NCBI GenBank assembly: GCA_030550235.1
Contig: JAUQPU010000001.1
Span: forward strand, 381,068 to 445,067
Length of the DNA stretch: 64,000 nucleotides
Origin: Thermoproteota archaeon
GTDB taxonomy: Archaea; Thermoproteota; Nitrososphaeria_A; Caldarchaeales; Calditenuaceae
Direction: 5' to 3'
Shown here: positions 48,765 to 58,571 of the stretch, one piece after another
How positions within the stretch are numbered: the first letter of the stretch is position 1
Layout: each line of letters opens with the position of its first letter
The notes under the pieces: model-generated
Databases searched by the model: none
What the model saw: the letters and a program-made list of their open reading frames with translations, nothing else
Told to the model about the DNA's origin: nothing
Translations under genes and position numbers: made by a program

Positions 48765-50309
48765 ATGAAGCTTGATGCAATTAACATTTTATACATTCTT
48801 ACTTTGAGTGGTTTAATTTTAGCTGGTGCCACACTGCGCCTCTATAATTTGGATGCAGAGAGCGGATGGCACGATTATGATGAAGGAGTACACCTATCGG
48901 CGGCCTTGCTTCTATCCAGAGGCTACACACCGTATGTCGACTTCTTTTTCGCCCATCCTCCACTCTCCCTCCACATCCTAACATACACTGTGGGAGATGG
49001 TGGGAGTGAGGCGTATGCACGGTCAAGGTCTGTATCAGCGGTTCTAGGATCTTTAACTTTGATAGTTTTAGCGGCTGCTGCTCATCTCTCGGTTGGAAAG
49101 ATAACTGCGCTCGCGGGAACAGCTTTTCTAGCCCTTGATGGCTTCGTTTCATACAATTCGAGGATGGTCATGCTAGAGCCCTATACCGACTTCTTCCTCT
49201 CACTATCTGTCATATGCTACGTCTTGCTTAAAAGATGTAGAAATTCTAGGCAGGAGATTCTATCCTCGACTGGCTCTGGAGTTGCTTTAGGCCTGTCTGT
49301 CTCCTCGAAAATGACCGGGCTATTCGGAGCCGCTGCAATTATACTCCACGCACTGGTGTTCAAGAGGACTCGCGCTTCTTTATTCATAATTGCCTCAGCT
49401 GCCCTGACTTATCTCTTGATAAGCGCGAAATACATCTTTGCAGACCCTGACGCATATCTTAAACAGACAGTCCTCTTCCATATCGTCAGGCCGCAAGATG
49501 GTATACCTCAGTCTGAGAGGCTTCACTGGTTACTAACATCTATCTTGGATTTAGGGGTGATGTGGGCTGGTTTTCCAGCCCTTGCCGCCGCCCTACTCAT
49601 GGCTCCACATCTCTCCCGCTCAAAAGTAATCTCTCATGAATCCTACATATGGATAATGTGGAGTCTTTCATACTTGATAGCGTTCTCCATGACAAAAACC
49701 TTCTTTGGGCATTACGTCCAACATATTATAACCCCCCTCTCCTTCGTCCCTGGCATGGCATTGGAGTTCGGGTCAAAGTTTAGGCTTCCACCTTGGAGAG
49801 GATCTATAGTCCATGTATTCTCTACCAGAATCTTACCGGTCTGGATAATATTCATGGCTCTGACACAGGCCGGCATAATATCTGCGGTTAATCCACCCGC
49901 CACGAGAGATGACACGCCTGTAATGGTGTCCATGCGGCTCATAGATCTTGGAGCAGCCAGTTTCTCCATAATCGCTTTTGAGCCCATCTACACCTTTTTA
50001 TCAAAAACAACTCCCTCAAACAGAGTCATAGATTCCTATGGGTACATGATGTATGAGGGCATGGGGTTAGGGCGCTTCGGATTCCTAGAAGCGCTCATGA
50101 AATATTTCTCTGGTGAGCTCTATAGCTCTTGGCCAATATATGAGGAGAGAATACAGGAAAAAATGGTGAGGGATATTCTCGTCAGCGACTACGTCATAAT
50201 TGACTGGCGCGCGAGATGGCAGCTTACAAGACCCTCGCTCTATACAGTCTATCAACACATGACCTGCCTCAATAGAGTAAGGGATATTGAGATCTGTGGG
50301 GTCTCATAA
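48765..50309 (+). CDS. GT-C fold membrane glycosyltransferase (PMT/ArnT, GT39/GT83-like)
   Basis: 514 aa polytopic; first extracytoplasmic loop carries the DE motif (HDYDEGVH...YTPYVDFFFAHPPL) diagnostic of PMT/ArnT-family GT-C enzymes. Confidence 0.7.
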   Translation: MKLDAINILYILTLSGLILAGATLRLYNLDAESGWHDYDEGVHLSAALLLSRGYTPYVDFFFAHPPLSLHILTYTVGDGGSEAYARSRSVSAVLGSLTLIVLAAAAHLSVGKITALAGTAFLALDGFVSYNSRMVMLEPYTDFFLSLSVICYVLLKRCRNSRQEILSSTGSGVALGLSVSSKMTGLFGAAAIILHALVFKRTRASLFIIASAALTYLLISAKYIFADPDAYLKQTVLFHIVRPQDGIPQSERLHWLLTSILDLGVMWAGFPALAAALLMAPHLSRSKVISHESYIWIMWSLSYLIAFSMTKTFFGHYVQHIITPLSFVPGMALEFGSKFRLPPWRGSIVHVFSTRILPVWIIFMALTQAGIISAVNPPATRDDTPVMVSMRLIDLGAASFSIIAFEPIYTFLSKTTPSNRVIDSYGYMMYEGMGLGRFGFLEALMKYFSGELYSSWPIYEERIQEKMVRDILVSDYVIIDWRARWQLTRPSLYTVYQHMTCLNRVRDIEICGVS

Positions 50310-50939
50310 GTTAAGAGCCCTGGACTCGAGTTCTCGGGTAAATTCTATAAGTTCCCCGGCGAGAAAGTCAAGAAGCTCATATATCCTTTTAACGATTGGC
50401 CCAAACCTCCATTCAGAGCCAGGTCCCTTAATGGCTGTTATGAGCCATCCAATCATCTTAGGAGACTCGTAGTGTTTTCTGAGAGCATCGTCGGGCGAGC
50501 TCGCGCCGGTTAGGTCAAAGTAAGTGTTTACGTGCAGCTCATCGACGACGGAGCGCTTAAGCAGTCTTAAGAGTTGATTGTTTCTGTTTAGCCTTATCAT
50601 TAAATCATCTACGGGAGCCACATCTGGGAACACTTTGGATAAGAGCTCTGACGTTACCCACTCGTAAGAATACCTAAATATCCCCCGCCTCCTTATCTGG
50701 ACCTCTCTACGCTTCATCTCCCTATATAGCTGCCCTCCACTATCATCCACCACTTCGCGGATAATTAGAGGTGTTACAAAATGCCACTCCCAGTCGAAAG
50801 ATATCCCCACCAATCTTCGAGAAATCTTCAAGCTACGCAGCCTCGAGTCTTTGAGTAGAATCACCCATCCATCAAGGTCCCAAGAGGCACTATCCACATT
50901 TTTCCCGAGTGCTAGCTTGATAACCTCTAATTCGCTCAA
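50304..50939 (-). CDS. Hypothetical soluble protein co-transcribed downstream of polytopic membrane protein A
   Basis: 211 aa ORF, 45-nt gap after upstream gene on same strand; no recognisable family. Confidence 0.45.
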   Translation of the reverse strand: MSELEVIKLALGKNVDSASWDLDGWVILLKDSRLRSLKISRRLVGISFDWEWHFVTPLIIREVVDDSGGQLYREMKRREVQIRRRGIFRYSYEWVTSELLSKVFPDVAPVDDLMIRLNRNNQLLRLLKRSVVDELHVNTYFDLTGASSPDDALRKHYESPKMIGWLITAIKGPGSEWRFGPIVKRIYELLDFLAGELIEFTRELESRALNL

Positions 50940-50983
50940 TTTTTACCCAAGATATTTAGAGGAAATAGGGGTGAAAAAAAGAT

Positions 50984-53074
50984 TTAGGGTACGAACTGGG
51001 CCGAGAATCTCGGCAGCACTACTGCGAAGAACTCTATAAGCCCCGCCAGCAGTATTGGCGCGCCAAATCCTAGGGATATTCCGGCTGCGACAGGTATAAC
51101 ATACGACTCAAACCTCCTAATGCCTATGGTCCTAATCATTATCACCTTAATTATTAGTGCAACAAGCCCTGAAAGCCAGGTCCATATCAGGCCCACCGCC
51201 ATACTCATGGTCAGCGAGGTTGGATCTATGAAGAACCATGCAAACCTCGATCTCAGGAACCAGACTACGGCAACGATTATGATTCCAATCAAGCCGTAGG
51301 TGAGCCCTGGAGCCCAGTCAACCGCGCCGACTGGTACATACGAGGTGCCTCCAATGAAGTTGCTGAACTTCATGCCCGCAGTCCAAGACCATGCATTAGA
51401 GTTTGCAAGCCCACCTGCATGGTTCAGAAGCCAAATCCTCCAGATGTATCCGAAGACAACGCCAATCGCGATAATCGTGGCTGCTGATACAAGTGCGTCA
51501 CGGACGTTTGTGCCTGTATCTCTAGCGATCTTGTAGTAGGATACTGCTGCTCCAGGCCCGAAGCCATTAACCCTCAGCGTCCACGTGTTGTTGAAGGGAA
51601 TAGTTAGTATTCCTGTCGCGAAGAGCCCTGAGTTTGTTGTGCCCGTTGTCGGTACTGTACCTGGCCAGTAACCAAGGGCAACACCTAGCGGGAAGATATA
51701 TGTTCCAACCCCTCCATTGTTTGCGAAGTCGTCGACGTGCCACCACATGGTCGCAGTTACTCTGGCAAGCGCGCTCCAGTAGATATATGCGAAGACGACC
51801 ATTGCTAGGGAGATGATAAACGGCACACCAGAGGCAGTGAAGAGCGCTAGAATGGCTATCGTGACAATAAGTCCAAACCAAGCTATGGATCTCGTAGATA
51901 GTCCATATTCGTCTTCAGACTTTCCTGTCAGGGCCCTAGCAAGGTCAACAAATCTTGACCTCAGAGTTATCAGGGTAATTATACCCAGTCCCACCATCAT
52001 TCCTAGTATTCCAACGGTTCTGTAGGGGAATGGGAACCAGTTGGCGGGTATGTCCTCCCAATTCCATAGAAACTCCATTCCTGGGTTGTAGGGGAGTGAC
52101 CCAGTTATGACGCCGATCCACTGATAGAGTAGGCCGAAGACAACATACGCTAGTACGGCTGTTATGAGCAGATTGTTTGGGAGGAGTAGCCACAGGGCCA
52201 CTTGGTCGACTTGGAAGACACCCTTTGCCATTGCTCCTGGCATTATGGATGGAAGCCCAAAGATCAATATCGGCTGTTCTCCCCAAGCAAATGCCCCGAA
52301 TACTGCTAGTGGTGGCACGATCTCGCCGAAAACAGGAATAAGCGACGCTATCAGCCCGATGAAGAATGCGACCCAGAAGACCCTAAGGGTTGGCTCCTGT
52401 ATTCGGAACCATCGAGACTTGTTGGTGGTCGGGTCAATGTCGGAGGCATTTCTAACCATGTATACCATAGGGATTGAAAGAGGGAAGATTAGGCGCTCAA
52501 CATCTACCCATCTTCTCCCCCAAACGCCGAAGCCCAGGAAGAGAGCCAAGTAGTACATGAGGATGGTATAGAGTGACCAGTAGATTATTGGCGGTAGGAA
52601 CTCTCCCCAAAGGATTTGTTGCCCCGGTGTTAGCCCAGTCTGCCAGGCCGCAATCATTGTGGGGTCTTTCGGGAACATCCACGGCGGCGTCATCGCCCTC
52701 CAATAAGTCCCCGTAGTGGGGTCATTCATCCCCGCCCCAACCGATACAATCGTCTTCTCGATATAGCCAGAGAGAGCCTCACCACCGCTCAAGGCACCTT
52801 TAGGATAGTACTTTATACTATTCACAAGCGCAAGTGCCGGAAAGATACAAACAAGCTCCTGTGCGGTGAGCCTCAGCCTAGGGTTTGACCGGCCTATAAG
52901 CTCGTTCAGCAGCACGATGTAGATAAACGGAACCCAGAATGCATTGATAGTACCGGTCTTTGATGTGTATAGCCAAGTCATGTCGCCGATTGCTTGGGCG
53001 ACGATAACCAAGATTGCGCCGATCAATATTGACCTTGTGGTCAATCCCCTTATAGAGGCTATTTGTGTGCTCAT
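50984..53074 (-). CDS. Large polytopic membrane protein A (paralog of 53190-55097; possibly OPT-type transporter-like)
   Basis: 696 aa, about 16 predicted TM helices; N-terminal MST...(R/K)(L/K)TAQEL/PLRKQEL block and overall hydropathy shared with paralog B. Confidence 0.55.
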   Translation of the reverse strand: MSTQIASIRGLTTRSILIGAILVIVAQAIGDMTWLYTSKTGTINAFWVPFIYIVLLNELIGRSNPRLRLTAQELVCIFPALALVNSIKYYPKGALSGGEALSGYIEKTIVSVGAGMNDPTTGTYWRAMTPPWMFPKDPTMIAAWQTGLTPGQQILWGEFLPPIIYWSLYTILMYYLALFLGFGVWGRRWVDVERLIFPLSIPMVYMVRNASDIDPTTNKSRWFRIQEPTLRVFWVAFFIGLIASLIPVFGEIVPPLAVFGAFAWGEQPILIFGLPSIMPGAMAKGVFQVDQVALWLLLPNNLLITAVLAYVVFGLLYQWIGVITGSLPYNPGMEFLWNWEDIPANWFPFPYRTVGILGMMVGLGIITLITLRSRFVDLARALTGKSEDEYGLSTRSIAWFGLIVTIAILALFTASGVPFIISLAMVVFAYIYWSALARVTATMWWHVDDFANNGGVGTYIFPLGVALGYWPGTVPTTGTTNSGLFATGILTIPFNNTWTLRVNGFGPGAAVSYYKIARDTGTNVRDALVSAATIIAIGVVFGYIWRIWLLNHAGGLANSNAWSWTAGMKFSNFIGGTSYVPVGAVDWAPGLTYGLIGIIIVAVVWFLRSRFAWFFIDPTSLTMSMAVGLIWTWLSGLVALIIKVIMIRTIGIRRFESYVIPVAAGISLGFGAPILLAGLIEFFAVVLPRFSAQFVP

Positions 53075-53100
53075 TCTCAGCTAAGCGTAAATTATGCCAG

Positions 53101-53115
53101 TATATAAATTTTTTA
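53101..53115. promoter_or_regulatory. AT-rich TATA-like element (tatataaatttttta) in the divergent promoter region, positioned for the minus-strand membrane protein A gene
   Basis: About 27-40 nt upstream of the start at 53074 on the minus strand. Confidence 0.3.
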
Positions 53116-53145
53116 ACACGACTCCTCGCACTTTAACTTCAAGCG

Positions 53146-53159
53146 TATAAACCTATAAA
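53146..53159 (+). promoter_or_regulatory. TATA-like element (tataaacctataaa) for membrane protein B gene
   Basis: About 31-44 nt upstream of ATG at 53190. Confidence 0.3.
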
Positions 53160-53189
53160 GCAGTCCGAATTAGTTGGGTTGCAACCGGT

Positions 53190-55097
53190 ATGTCCACGGA
53201 GCTTGAGAAAACTTCACCGGTTGAATTACTTGAATATGGCATCTCGTGGAGGGTAATCCTAGCTATCTTGACTGCCGCTGTCCTTTTCATCCCCGTCTCA
53301 CTATACCTCAACCTCATATCAGGGGCCCTCTCGCCCGCGATAGCTGTCACGATAATCGCTATACTCTTCGCAGAGCTGACCAGGTTCTTCGGAGCTCCAC
53401 TAAGGAAACAGGAGCTGTTTGTAATATACAGTAGCGTTGCAGTTATGTCATCTACTCTACCACCCTATTACTGGCTAGTTTATAGAACATTTTATGTTAC
53501 GACGCCGATTACCCAATACTTCTTAATTGATGGAACGCCCATCAATCAACTAGTCCCTACGTGGTTGGCACCACCTGCCTTTTCACCAGTCTATCAGCTG
53601 AGAACGCTTCTCCACCCCGACTGGACTTACGCATTAATCGTGACCGGATTATCATTCGCACTGCTAGCTATGGCGGAGATAGGCTTAGCCATCATGTTCA
53701 CATACATATTTGTAAAAGAGGAGAAGCTGAATTATCCACTAGCGCATGTAGAAGCCTCCCTGATAAGCGTCCTTATAGAGAGGGAGGAACAGCACATGTC
53801 CATATACATTCTGGGCATAGTGACAGGTGTTGTCTACGCCTTCATGACTTATGCAGGCTTCCTACTCGGTGTGCCTCTTCTCCCGATACCCTGGTTCGAT
53901 TTTGTCTGGATCACCGAGAAATATATTCCAGGAGCCCTGGTTGGTGTGGCGACAGACCCATTCACACTTGGGCTCGGAATGGTTCTCCCAGTCAAGGTCG
54001 CAGTATCAACACTGATAGGATCTATAGCAATATGGATCATCGCTAACACTATCTTCACCTCATCCCCCAACTTCTTCCCCCTCTGGTTCTCAGAATACTA
54101 TAAAGGAATGACTATAGGCTCGATATATCAGCGGTCCTTCCAGAGAATCTGGATTAGTCCACAGTTCGGCTTCATAATCGGAATAGCAGTCGCCTTGATA
54201 CTAGCGTTTCGAAAGACAATTCTACGGAGTTTTAGACTATTTGCATCGGCAATCGTTAGGCCAAGGGAGACAGAGCTCCCATTAAGGTTCGCACTAACTC
54301 TATTCCTAGTTGCATCGATTGGTTCTGTAATTCTCTTCCTGATATTGGTACCTGGGTTTCCCGCTTGGATTGCACTGGTTACTTCTCTTGTTTTGAGCTT
54401 CTTCATAGCGATGGTCGCTGCAAGATCTCTCGGAGAAGTAGGATACTTTCCAGCAATTCCATGGCCCTGGCAAGTTATTGTCTATTTCACTCCATATAAT
54501 GGCTACGCTGGATGGGTTTATTCCCCCTACATAAACCTAGGATATACTGGCTACCTCTCACAACTTGGTAAGGTCAGCTACCTCACCTCAACGCGCCCAA
54601 CCCACTATTTCATAGGAGTCGCAGGTGCATTCGCATTAATCGGCATAATTGGATTAATATCAATGGACTTCTTCTGGAGGCTATCACCTATACCCTCAAA
54701 TGTCTACCCAATCACGATGATTTACTGGCCCATCTATGCGACTAACGATAGTCTATTCGCTACGCGCCAGATTGCCGTTATACCTGAACACATCGGCATA
54801 GGGGCTCTCTCGACTCTTGGAATAGTATCCTTGGAGGTCTTGTTCCGAAGGATTGGTCTGGCGTTCCCCACATTCCCAATAGTGCTGGGATTCTTCATAC
54901 TTCCTCCATACGCTATAACTATACTAATAGGTTCACTGCTGGCGAATATTATCATTTCCAAGACGTTCGGGAAGGAAAGGTGGGAGGCCATAAAAAACTT
55001 CTTCATAGCTGGCTTCTTCTCCGGTCTAGGTATCACGGTTGGTGTCGGAATATCGTTTACGCTGCTTTCAAAGGCGTCCTGGATCTGGCCTTGGTGA
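53190..55097 (+). CDS. Large polytopic membrane protein B (paralog of 50984-53074; FAELTRFF resembles the ELTxR N-terminal motif of OPT-family transporters, tentative)
   Basis: 635 aa, about 16 predicted TM helices; paralogy to protein A visible by eye. Confidence 0.55.
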   Translation: MSTELEKTSPVELLEYGISWRVILAILTAAVLFIPVSLYLNLISGALSPAIAVTIIAILFAELTRFFGAPLRKQELFVIYSSVAVMSSTLPPYYWLVYRTFYVTTPITQYFLIDGTPINQLVPTWLAPPAFSPVYQLRTLLHPDWTYALIVTGLSFALLAMAEIGLAIMFTYIFVKEEKLNYPLAHVEASLISVLIEREEQHMSIYILGIVTGVVYAFMTYAGFLLGVPLLPIPWFDFVWITEKYIPGALVGVATDPFTLGLGMVLPVKVAVSTLIGSIAIWIIANTIFTSSPNFFPLWFSEYYKGMTIGSIYQRSFQRIWISPQFGFIIGIAVALILAFRKTILRSFRLFASAIVRPRETELPLRFALTLFLVASIGSVILFLILVPGFPAWIALVTSLVLSFFIAMVAARSLGEVGYFPAIPWPWQVIVYFTPYNGYAGWVYSPYINLGYTGYLSQLGKVSYLTSTRPTHYFIGVAGAFALIGIIGLISMDFFWRLSPIPSNVYPITMIYWPIYATNDSLFATRQIAVIPEHIGIGALSTLGIVSLEVLFRRIGLAFPTFPIVLGFFILPPYAITILIGSLLANIIISKTFGKERWEAIKNFFIAGFFSGLGITVGVGISFTLLSKASWIWPW

Positions 55098-55135
55098 CTC
55101 AAACAATTATATTCCCGTCTCAAAGGTGAATAGGC

Positions 55136-55933
55136 GTGAAGCTCTCATGCCAGGATAATCTTGTACCGGGCAGCACCTTGACTGAGAAGCTTGAGAACTT
55201 GGAGAAGCTGGGATTCAGCGGAATAGAGCTTTGGGGTAGGCCTCACCTGGGCGAGAATCTTAGAGAGGTGAAGGATACGCTGGCATCTTTTAAAGTGAGC
55301 CCATCGGTCATCTGCGCAGGGTACAGTGGAGACCTCCTCAGTCCTGAGCCTAAGGCAAGAGCTGAAGCAGTTCAGGGGATAGTTCAGAGGCTTGAATGGG
55401 CCAGCGAGATTGGGGCCGTAGGCGTCATATTCGTCCCAACATTTGGTGGAGCCAAACTTCCTGATCTATCACCGCTCTATCAAAACGTCATCGAACTTGA
55501 AAAAAGATTGCTGGTAGCTGAGTGTAAGACTCTGGCTAAGAAGGGGGAGGAGCTGGGTGTATGCGCCATATTAGAGCCGCTCAACAGATACGAGACACAT
55601 CTGATAAATACTCTCAAACAAGGATTAGAGATTATAAGGGAAGTAAACTATGAAGGTTTAAGGCTGATGGCCGATTTCTTTCACATGAACATAGAGGAGA
55701 GTAACATCGATGACGCTTTGTCAGAAGCGTCAGACTACTTGGTGCATGTGCACCTAGCCGACAGCAACAGATGCCTCCCAGGCTACGGGCACACTGATTT
55801 CACACCCATAAAGATACTTCTATCAAGAGGGTACAGCAAGTATTTCTCGCTGGAGTGCAGAATAATTGGCGACCCACTGGAGGAGCTGAGAAAATTTGTA
55901 AAATTTATTTCTAAATATGGTGATGTGAGATGA
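55136..55933 (+). CDS. Xylose isomerase-like TIM-barrel protein (sugar phosphate isomerase/epimerase, IolI/IolE-like)
   Basis: 265 aa; TIM-barrel AP-endo2 family motifs (ILEPLNRYE, HLAD, E/H metal ligands). Confidence 0.75.
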   Translation: MKLSCQDNLVPGSTLTEKLENLEKLGFSGIELWGRPHLGENLREVKDTLASFKVSPSVICAGYSGDLLSPEPKARAEAVQGIVQRLEWASEIGAVGVIFVPTFGGAKLPDLSPLYQNVIELEKRLLVAECKTLAKKGEELGVCAILEPLNRYETHLINTLKQGLEIIREVNYEGLRLMADFFHMNIEESNIDDALSEASDYLVHVHLADSNRCLPGYGHTDFTPIKILLSRGYSKYFSLECRIIGDPLEELRKFVKFISKYGDVR

Positions 55934-56910
55934 ATCCGATAGGTATAGTTTTAATTGGCTGTGGCGGCATAATGAATGTCCATGCAAAGAGTCTAATGAC
56001 GTTAAGGGATGGTGTCCGCGTTGTAGCTTGTGCTGACATTGTGAAGGAGAGGGCAGAAGAGTTTGCAAATAGGTTTGGATGCGCGGCCTATACGGATCCT
56101 GTGGAAGCTGTGTCCGAGACGCATCCTGACGTCGCAATAATAGCTGTCCCGCCAAATGCACATGGATTTGAGGAAGAGATAATCGAGCATGGAGTTCACC
56201 TCTTGATAGAAAAGCCTGTGGCAATAAATCTAGAAGTAGCCTCACGCATACTGCGTAAGATTGAGAAGGCCGGAGTTATCAATAGTGTAGGCTACATGTG
56301 GAGATATCTTGATGTTGTCCAGATAGCGAAGAAAGAGATCTCCAACCCCGCTGATATCGGGATGATTTATGGACAGTATGTTTGGGCAGCGAACTTTCCG
56401 CCTGGGCACTGGTGGTTGAGAAAATCCCAGAGCGGCGGGCAGATAGTCGAGCAAGTCACACATATGGTCGACCTAATAAGATACTTCGCGGGGGAGGCTT
56501 CTTCAGTCTATGCAAGGCTTGAAAAAAGGCTCTCGAAGGATGAGGCAATAGACGTTGAGGATTCCTCCGTAATCACTATCAGGCATAAAAGCGGCGTCAC
56601 ATCCACGATAGTGGCCACCTGGAAGAGTACAAACACAATGCAGGATACGTTCATACGGATATTTGCCAGAGACCTAGTGGCAGATATTGTTGGGCATCAG
56701 AGGAAAGCAACATTCTATAGGACCAATAAGGTTGAGGAACTGAGGAGTGCTGTTGACCCATATCTTGAGGAGCTACGGACATTTGTTGAGGCTGTACGAA
56801 CCGGAGATCAGTCTAGAATACTTTCACCCTATTCGGACGCATACAAGACCCTCGAGTTGACCATCAAGGCGAATGAATCTCACAAGTTGGCCAGGATAAT
56901 CGAGGTTTGA
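55930..56910 (+). CDS. Gfo/Idh/MocA-family NAD(P)-dependent oxidoreductase (IolG-like)
   Basis: 326 aa; N-terminal Rossmann GxGxxG (IGCGGIMN) and EKP motif (LLIEKPVA) diagnostic of the family; ATGA overlap with upstream TIM-barrel gene. Confidence 0.8.
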   Translation: MNPIGIVLIGCGGIMNVHAKSLMTLRDGVRVVACADIVKERAEEFANRFGCAAYTDPVEAVSETHPDVAIIAVPPNAHGFEEEIIEHGVHLLIEKPVAINLEVASRILRKIEKAGVINSVGYMWRYLDVVQIAKKEISNPADIGMIYGQYVWAANFPPGHWWLRKSQSGGQIVEQVTHMVDLIRYFAGEASSVYARLEKRLSKDEAIDVEDSSVITIRHKSGVTSTIVATWKSTNTMQDTFIRIFARDLVADIVGHQRKATFYRTNKVEELRSAVDPYLEELRTFVEAVRTGDQSRILSPYSDAYKTLELTIKANESHKLARIIEV

Positions 56911-58571
56911 GTGGTCAGCAGCTAAACAAAAGGTACGCAGTCGCCCTTTGCGTGACCCTCCTCTCTTACTGGCTATTTAGCAGTGGGGTATTCTCATATC
57001 AATATGTGCCATTGACTTCCATGCCGGCGTACAAGCCCTATTTTCAGGATGTCACGAGTGATTCAGGTCTCTTAGTAAGAGTAGTCGATGACCGAGAGAT
57101 GGTATGGATCCCGGGCGGTGGGAGCTGTTGGGGAGATTACGATAGGGATGGCGACCTAGACGTTTATGTCGTGGGCTGGAATGCAACTGGAAGGTTATTC
57201 AGGAATGATGGCGGCCTGTTTACGGATGTGACGCGTGAGTCTGGACTTCTTATCGAGGGTATTGTTGCCGGGAAGGGAATGGGCTGCTCTTGGGCCGACT
57301 ATGATAACAGTGGATTTCCATCTCTGCTTGTAACCTTCTACGATTCTCCCTATGGCAATGTTCACCTGTTTAAAAACCTGGGCGATGGCTCGTTTAGGCT
57401 TGTAACAGATGAGGTGGGCCTCTCTCTTAATCATGGAAGATATGCCTCTGGGGTCGCCTGGGGAGATGTAAATAGGGACGGATGTCTTGACCTCTATATA
57501 GGCTACTACATCAACCTCCGACAGGTCAAAGAGGGCGCAATATTCAGCCAAGGCTCTGGAAATCAGCTCTTCATCAACAACTGTGACGGCTCCTTCAGAG
57601 AATCCGCTGAAATCTACGGTGTCGTTGACTATGGCTATACATTCCAACCCATTTTCATAGACTACGACCTAGACTTTTTCCCTGACCTTTTCCTGGCCAA
57701 TGACTTCGGATACACGAGGCTGTATAGGAACGAGGAGGGTAGGCGTTTCATCCTATCCGCATCGTCTATAGGTGCTGAGAGAGTAGGACAGTGGATGGGG
57801 GTAGCGTATGGGGACTTAGACATGGATGGATACTGGGATATAATTGTGACAAATTACGACGACAACCTCCTCCTAAAATATACAGGTGCGTATTTTAACG
57901 ATATCACGGCAAGGCTCAGGCTAACAGATCCCTACCAGGTCGGCTGGGGAGTATGCATCATCGACATAGACAATAATGGCCTTCTCGACATAATAGTGGC
58001 TAATGGTAAGATAGGCGTTAGGACTGACAAGCCAAGCAATCAAGTTAACAGGGTCTTCTATAATGCTGGGCCATTCTTCTATGATGCCACGTGGCATGCG
58101 GGGCTCATAAGACATGTCAACACACGTGGATTGTCATGCGTGGACATGGACAAAGACGGAGGCGTTGACCTACTATTCTATGACTTACTAGGGTATCCTA
58201 TACTGTATAGAAACCTGATATCGAATTATACAGGCAATCGGTGGGTTCAGGTGAGGCTCGAGGGGGCTACCTGGCTCTGCGGCGCCTGCACCTACAGGAC
58301 TAGCAGGGAGGCTGTAGGCGCTGTAGTGGAGGTGGAGTCTTTAGGTAAGATTTACCGTCAGACAGTTACAAAGGGTACTTCATTCATGTCAGATAATGGC
58401 CCCTGGCTGTACTTTGGCTTAGGGCGGGCCTCTCGTATTGAGAGATTGACAGTCTATTGGCCTAGTGGAATAGTAGAGAATTATAGAGACCTCCCGGTAA
58501 ATAGTGTAATCTTGATCGTGGAGCAAGGGGGTTGCAGTGTGATCGGTGGATTGTCGGGGCATGAAGAGTGA
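56907..58571 (+). CDS. Secreted FG-GAP/VCBS-repeat protein with ASPIC/UnbV-like C-terminal domain (CRTAC1-like)
   Basis: 554 aa; signal peptide/TM; at least 7 repeats of the WxDYDxDGDxDxxV FG-GAP calcium-binding motif; C-terminal ASPIC-like region. Confidence 0.7.
   Translation: MSGQQLNKRYAVALCVTLLSYWLFSSGVFSYQYVPLTSMPAYKPYFQDVTSDSGLLVRVVDDREMVWIPGGGSCWGDYDRDGDLDVYVVGWNATGRLFRNDGGLFTDVTRESGLLIEGIVAGKGMGCSWADYDNSGFPSLLVTFYDSPYGNVHLFKNLGDGSFRLVTDEVGLSLNHGRYASGVAWGDVNRDGCLDLYIGYYINLRQVKEGAIFSQGSGNQLFINNCDGSFRESAEIYGVVDYGYTFQPIFIDYDLDFFPDLFLANDFGYTRLYRNEEGRRFILSASSIGAERVGQWMGVAYGDLDMDGYWDIIVTNYDDNLLLKYTGAYFNDITARLRLTDPYQVGWGVCIIDIDNNGLLDIIVANGKIGVRTDKPSNQVNRVFYNAGPFFYDATWHAGLIRHVNTRGLSCVDMDKDGGVDLLFYDLLGYPILYRNLISNYTGNRWVQVRLEGATWLCGACTYRTSREAVGAVVEVESLGKIYRQTVTKGTSFMSDNGPWLYFGLGRASRIERLTVYWPSGIVENYRDLPVNSVILIVEQGGCSVIGGLSGHEE

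Noticed and set aside
50984-55097. Oligosaccharyltransferase AglB identity for the paired large membrane proteins
   Set aside because: No WWDYG motif and no large C-terminal periplasmic domain; topology is uniformly polytopic, more consistent with transporters.
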